Assembly (NCBI RefSeq): GCF_003945235.1
Contig: NZ_RSDW01000001.1
Span: 3,840,001-3,872,000, forward strand
Direction of reading: 5' to 3'
From: Edaphobacter aggregans
GTDB lineage: Bacteria > Acidobacteriota > Terriglobia > Terriglobales > Acidobacteriaceae
DNA length: 32,000 nt
Below are positions 27,903-32,000 of this stretch, piece by piece; within the stretch, counting starts at the first letter, position 1; each line of letters starts with the position of its first letter. Made by a program: the position numbers and the translations under genes. Below the pieces are notes generated by a model. It had not been told where the DNA came from, did not search any database, and saw only the letters and a list, made by a program, of their open reading frames with translations.

Positions 27903-27905
27903 TGA
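27450..27905 (+). CDS. small exported CARDB-like protein (paralogue of the HAF protein C-terminus)
   Basis: ATG 27450 overlaps the upstream TGA (ATGA, 27450-27453). Signal peptide MTMLKTLALTCRAMQFAFFASSVSFSMLAYA. The remainder is the duplicated module. Confidence 0.7.
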   Translation: MTMLKTLALTCRAMQFAFFASSVSFSMLAYAQDPNVFTVNQGGAPNIQISIAGFPQLRAGLLETCYVLAENRGNDDSGIVRIWVAFPDNLQWQSVGVQPSSIGDMNGNTYLAFDISPALGGNVPIPFLLAAPFNSYLAHKPFQISAWVNQQ

Positions 27906-30211
27906 AGATGCCCTCATTTTTAGCCGCGCTGACCGTCATTATTACTAATGTGTTGATTTGCTTCCAAGGAATATGTCAACCACCATTGGGTCTAACCTGT
28001 ACTGACGCGGCAAGTTGTCCGTGGAGAGAGCCGACAGAACAACCTCTTTGTACGAATTTCACGGATGGATCCCCTGAGGACGTAGTACGCCAACAGCTTT
28101 ATTACGCATCAATTCGCGTCAACAAATGTCCGTGCGATGCTGACGGTGATGAGAATTGCACAGACGTGAAAAAACTAATGGCAACAACAATCACAAACCT
28201 CATTGTTTTCCAATCGGAGCATCTCGCTCCTCTTGTGCTCACAGGAGGATCGGAGCTAGATAATCATCATGATGCTGGTCTATACAGCCACCCCAATGGG
28301 TACAAGGCCGATCTTCAAGACGCTGACGGTTCGGTGAAGAACTCGCTTTTGCCCTTTATCCAGAAATATTTCGATCGGCTGTACCCGAATCGAGGAGATT
28401 CATGTGAAATTTGGGGGATGTATCAGTATGACCCATCTGATCCTGGCCCGCAATTCGCGTATGAGGATTCATACTGCGACAGCACATTACACATCGACAT
28501 TGTATTCCCGCCGGTGCCTCTGGCGAACGTTACACTGACCGTCAGTGGAACAGGAACGGGACAGGTCACGGCGAGTCCTTCGACCGTATGCGTGGGCTGC
28601 GGCTCCATCTATGTCACGAAGGGGATGAACGTGAACATAGCCGCAATACCAGACGCAAGTTCCGTCTTTGACGGCTGGGTCGGAACGATACCCGCAGGCA
28701 ATTGCGCGACGAGCGGCGAAGATTGCATCAACGGAGCTAATGCCACAATCTTTGCGGATGGATCACGGACAGTCACTGCAATCTTTGACCTTTTGCCGCC
28801 TCCCCCTCCAGGCGGCTTCGGATGCTGGGTTTGGGATGCCACATTGGGTAATCAAGGAGGGTACAAATGGACTTGCACAAGTCCTTCTCCCCCAGCAGGT
28901 GGAGGTGTTCAGCCACAAGTAGGTTGTTGGCATTGGGACCCTAACTCAGGCCCATTCGGTGCGTGGCTCCGTGATATTTGCGGTGGGGGCTGCGGTCTGA
29001 ATCTTACGACTGGCTTGCCCATGGTGTACTGCCCTCCGGGAGGCATCTTCGGAGGCAAAATCATCGAGCCAGGCGATCCAAACGACAAGGGCGGTACTCA
29101 GGGAACTGGATCGCAGCAGTATGTAGCTGCGTCGACTCCATTGCTCTATGCCATCTCTTACGGGAACGAAGCGACCGCCAGTGCAAATGCGCAGACGGTC
29201 GTGATCACTGATCCTCTAAACACATCAGTTGACGACCTCACCACCTTCTCGTTTGGCCCAATCTCCGTTGCCGGTCAAACACTCTTCCCACCGCCGGGCA
29301 CAACGTACTCGACAACCATTGATATGCGACCCGGAACAAATCTCCTGGTCGGAGTTAATGCTCGTTTAGACTCGAACGCCGGAATCGCTACCTGGAGGTT
29401 TACTTCCATCGACCCCGCTACTGGATTGCCCACAACCAATCCAACCGCCGGCTTCCTGCCTCCGGGTGCAAATGGCAGCGTTTTCTTCACCGTGATGCCC
29501 AAGCAGAATGTGACTAGCGGAACCCAGATCCAGAACCAGGCCACCATCGTCTTCGACGCCAATCCTTCCATGAACACTCCGACCTGGTTGAACACGTTCG
29601 ACGTAACTGCGCCAGCGAGCCAAGTTCAAGCCCTTCCATCAACTGAAATGTCCAGCAGTTTTGTCGTCCAATGGCAGGGCACCGACATCGGCTCCGGCGT
29701 TCAGGACTACACCGTCTACGCATCGGTCGATGGCGCAGCCTTCGCTGTGTGGCTGACGAATACGGCAGCGACATCTGGCACGTGGACCGGACTAGCAGGG
29801 CATGCGTATAGTTTCTACAGCCTCGCTCGCGATCTCGTGGGAAATGTTGAAGCTGCCAAGACCTCGGCCGAGGCAACCACGATAGTCAGCACGCTCTCGA
29901 ACGTGACCTCGTCGGTAAAGGTCACGAGTACGGGATTCCTCTACAGCCGCGCCACTCGCACATACAATGGAACCATCACCGTGACAAACGTAAGCGGTTC
30001 TGCGATTTCGGGACCTCTCCAGATTGGTTTTGGGGGATTGCCTGGAGGCGTCACGCTAACGAATGCAACTACGGCGAATGATGGCATTCCCTTTGTCACC
30101 CTGCCTGCCGGACTTGCGCCAGGACAATCCACGGCCTTTACAGTGCAGTTCGGCGACCCATCTAACTTGAGCATTACCTATTCACCGATCGTCTATTCGG
30201 GAGCGTTTTGA
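27902..30211 (+). CDS. large exported multidomain surface protein (769 aa)
   Basis: ATG 27902 overlaps the upstream TGA (ATGA), followed by a hydrophobic leader MKMPSFLAALTVIITNVLICF. Domains in order: Cys-rich N-domain; a bacterial-repeat (InlB-B-like) segment VTLTVSGTGTGQVTASP...FDGWVG...; a GDPNDKGG-initiated beta-sandwich region; an Fn3-like segment (FVVQWQGTDIGSGVQDYTVYASVDG); and a terminal Ig-like domain. Confidence 0.8.
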   Translation: MKMPSFLAALTVIITNVLICFQGICQPPLGLTCTDAASCPWREPTEQPLCTNFTDGSPEDVVRQQLYYASIRVNKCPCDADGDENCTDVKKLMATTITNLIVFQSEHLAPLVLTGGSELDNHHDAGLYSHPNGYKADLQDADGSVKNSLLPFIQKYFDRLYPNRGDSCEIWGMYQYDPSDPGPQFAYEDSYCDSTLHIDIVFPPVPLANVTLTVSGTGTGQVTASPSTVCVGCGSIYVTKGMNVNIAAIPDASSVFDGWVGTIPAGNCATSGEDCINGANATIFADGSRTVTAIFDLLPPPPPGGFGCWVWDATLGNQGGYKWTCTSPSPPAGGGVQPQVGCWHWDPNSGPFGAWLRDICGGGCGLNLTTGLPMVYCPPGGIFGGKIIEPGDPNDKGGTQGTGSQQYVAASTPLLYAISYGNEATASANAQTVVITDPLNTSVDDLTTFSFGPISVAGQTLFPPPGTTYSTTIDMRPGTNLLVGVNARLDSNAGIATWRFTSIDPATGLPTTNPTAGFLPPGANGSVFFTVMPKQNVTSGTQIQNQATIVFDANPSMNTPTWLNTFDVTAPASQVQALPSTEMSSSFVVQWQGTDIGSGVQDYTVYASVDGAAFAVWLTNTAATSGTWTGLAGHAYSFYSLARDLVGNVEAAKTSAEATTIVSTLSNVTSSVKVTSTGFLYSRATRTYNGTITVTNVSGSAISGPLQIGFGGLPGGVTLTNATTANDGIPFVTLPAGLAPGQSTAFTVQFGDPSNLSITYSPIVYSGAF

Positions 30212-30212
30212 C

Positions 30213-30902
30213 GTGAGACTAGCATCGTTGAAGGAACTAATTGTGCGATCTCTGCCGACTATGGGATTGTTGACACTCCTCGGAATGTTTTCTACCGGCG
30301 GCCCCGCGTGGGCAGACCCGCTTTCGTATCTGGTGACGATCAACACATCGACGATCAACGGTACCTCGGGAAATCTGGATCTGCAATTCAATCCTGGGGC
30401 GCTTCCCGGCACGCAATCAGCCACCGCGACGGTCCAAGGATTCGCTTCCGACGGAACCCTTGGAACTGCGGGGCTAACAGGCGACGTTGCTGGAACGCTG
30501 CCCGGCACACTGTCATTCGACAATCAGACCGTATTCAATGATGACTTTCAGGCGATCGTATTTGGCAACACCATTCAGTTCAATTTGGTTCTATCCGGAC
30601 CTGCGGTGCTGACTCCCGATGGCATCTCAACTTCGGGCAGCAGCTTCGGCATTGGACTGTGGGACAGCACCGGCTTCAATCCGCTCCTGACGTCGGACCC
30701 GAACGGCTTCGCAGGGATCGTGAACATTAACCTCGATGGAAGTGGAACGGCGACCATTTTCCTCACTGATGCCGGTGGTCCACCCGTGGTGACTGTCACA
30801 CCGGAGATAGCCTCCACCGTGCCGGAGCCGGGTAGCATACTGCTATTCGGAACCGGGCTGACGGCAATGATCAGAATCGTTCGCAGGGGACTTCGAGGGT
30901 AG
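30213..30902 (+). CDS. PEP-CTERM sorting-signal protein
   Basis: C-terminus VPEPGSILLFGTGLTAMIRIVRRGLRG has PEP, a TM helix and a basic tail. N-terminal signal peptide. GTG 30213 is 1 nt after the upstream stop; ATG 30261 is an alternative. Confidence 0.85.
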   Translation: MRLASLKELIVRSLPTMGLLTLLGMFSTGGPAWADPLSYLVTINTSTINGTSGNLDLQFNPGALPGTQSATATVQGFASDGTLGTAGLTGDVAGTLPGTLSFDNQTVFNDDFQAIVFGNTIQFNLVLSGPAVLTPDGISTSGSSFGIGLWDSTGFNPLLTSDPNGFAGIVNINLDGSGTATIFLTDAGGPPVVTVTPEIASTVPEPGSILLFGTGLTAMIRIVRRGLRG

Positions 30903-31184
30903 AGACTGAGTCAGGACCGGCAGGTTTCCAGCAGTTGGCAGGCCTGTGATCTGTTTCACGACGGTGTACGAAGACAGTCCTCTCAGAGAAAATGGGGAGC
31001 GAGCGCGGTATGGTCACCTGATCGACGGGCGCGGATACCGTGTATGGTCCTCAACCTGTAGGTCGTTGACCACCTCGAAGTCTCCTTCTTCGGCGCCGTT
31101 TATCAAAGACTTATCGACCCCCTGACGCGACCCCTTATTCACCACCGAGCAACCGCTACCATAGGATGAAAGGTGAGGAAGCCT

Positions 31185-31214
31185 ATGTCATCGAACCAAA
31201 TGTCATCGAACCAA
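31185..31214 (+). repeat. perfect 15-bp tandem duplication including the start codon
   Basis: ATGTCATCGAACCAA occurs twice in tandem (31185-31199 and 31200-31214), giving MSSNQMSSNQ. Confidence 0.9.
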
Positions 31215-32000
31215 ACTTCTGCACCTCGTCAGCACGCATCCACTGGACCTACGCTGCCGCCACTACCCGAACCGAGCCACGCTGAGCGTGTCCGGACCCT
31301 CATGTCACTGGCCTCAGTTGCCACCCTATCGACGCTTTCCCGCAAGCACCCGGGCTTTCCCTTCGGTTCGCTGATGCCCTTCGCTCTCGATTCTTCCGGT
31401 CGGCCCATCTTCTTCATCAGCAATATGGCCATGCACACTCAGAATCTGAAGAGCGACCAGCGATGCAGCCTCTTCGTTGGGCAAGTAGCTGCCGATGGGG
31501 ATGCACTTGGGGCCGCAAGGGTGACCCTGATAGGCACCGCCGAACCCATGGCCCAGAACGACATAGTTGACGCTCGGGAGAAATACCTCGCTCGCCATGA
31601 GAATAGTCGCTACTGGGTTGACTTCGCAGATTTCAGCTTCTTCCGACTCCAGCCCATCGATGTCTACTACATCGGTGGCTTTGGCGTGATGGGTTGGGTC
31701 GAGGCGCGAGACTATGAACAAGCCGCTCCAGACCCGCTGGCCGGGGCCGCTCCTGGCATTCTGGCGCACATGAACGCTGACCATGTCGATTCGATGATCC
31801 TGTTGGCGCGGTCTCATGCAGGAATCGAAGCGACAGAGGTGGCTATGACCTCTGTCGACCGCCTGGGTTTCTCTCTTCGATTGAAGACCCGTGAAGGAAT
31901 GAAAGGTACTCGCATCAACTTCAACCATGAGGTAGTCACTCCGCAGCAAACTCGGGCAGTGCTCGTTGAGATGGTGCGTCAAGCCAGACTCGGAGCGTAA
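31185..32000 (+). CDS. pyridoxamine-5'-phosphate-oxidase-fold protein with C-terminal DUF2470 (HugZ/HOZ-like heme-binding family)
   Basis: Split-barrel region (VATLSTLSRKHPGFPFGSLMPFALDSSGRPIFFISNMAMHTQNL...RCSLFV...RVTLIG) followed by a DUF2470-like tail (ILAHMNADHVDSMILLAR...VDRLGFSLRLKT). GAGGA RBS before ATG 31185 (listed GTG 31173 is less likely). The TAA stop is at the last bases of the window. Confidence 0.75.
   Translation: MSSNQMSSNQTSAPRQHASTGPTLPPLPEPSHAERVRTLMSLASVATLSTLSRKHPGFPFGSLMPFALDSSGRPIFFISNMAMHTQNLKSDQRCSLFVGQVAADGDALGAARVTLIGTAEPMAQNDIVDAREKYLARHENSRYWVDFADFSFFRLQPIDVYYIGGFGVMGWVEARDYEQAAPDPLAGAAPGILAHMNADHVDSMILLARSHAGIEATEVAMTSVDRLGFSLRLKTREGMKGTRINFNHEVVTPQQTRAVLVEMVRQARLGA

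Larger units (their letters stand above)
19211..30902. mobile_element. tRNA-Thr-associated integrative genomic island (right boundary not defined; may extend past the window)
   Basis: Integrase and Xis-like genes lie immediately 3' of the tRNA. G+C visibly drops and the G>C strand skew is lost exactly at the tRNA. Cargo genes are atypical for the flanking core genome. No direct repeat of the tRNA 3' end was found in the window. Confidence 0.6.

Overview
High-GC bacterial chromosome segment. Gene content and composition suggest a soil Acidobacteriota/Terriglobia-type organism, but that is a guess. Bases 1-19.1 kb look like ordinary core genome: recX, a DUF1772 membrane protein, a CDP-alcohol phosphatidyltransferase-family protein, alaS, a TPR+AMIN+Amidase_3 cell-wall amidase, a translationally coupled ECF sigma / anti-sigma / secretin-N-like operon, an MFS transporter, GH2 and GH28 glycoside hydrolases and several exported hypotheticals. 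This part shows a strong G>C excess on the given strand regardless of gene orientation. At tRNA-Thr(CGU) (19135-19210) the composition changes abruptly. A tyrosine integrase plus an AlpA/Xis-type HTH gene open a lower-GC genomic island that runs to at least ~30.9 kb; no attR was found inside the window. The island carries two cargo modules. (i) An exonuclease-less family-A DNA-polymerase-like gene is followed by an orphan FtsH-type (M41-like, HEAAH) peptidase-domain gene, with a divergently transcribed polytopic membrane protein. This is the most unusual module and my best candidate for an undescribed system. (ii) A four-gene, translationally coupled operon encodes exported proteins: a HAF-repeat protein, a CARDB-like paralogue of its C-terminus, a 769-aa multidomain surface protein and a PEP-CTERM protein. 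The window ends with a PNPOx/DUF2470 (HugZ-like) gene. I saw no rRNA, CRISPR array or intact IS element. All family calls come from motif recognition by eye; no database search was run.
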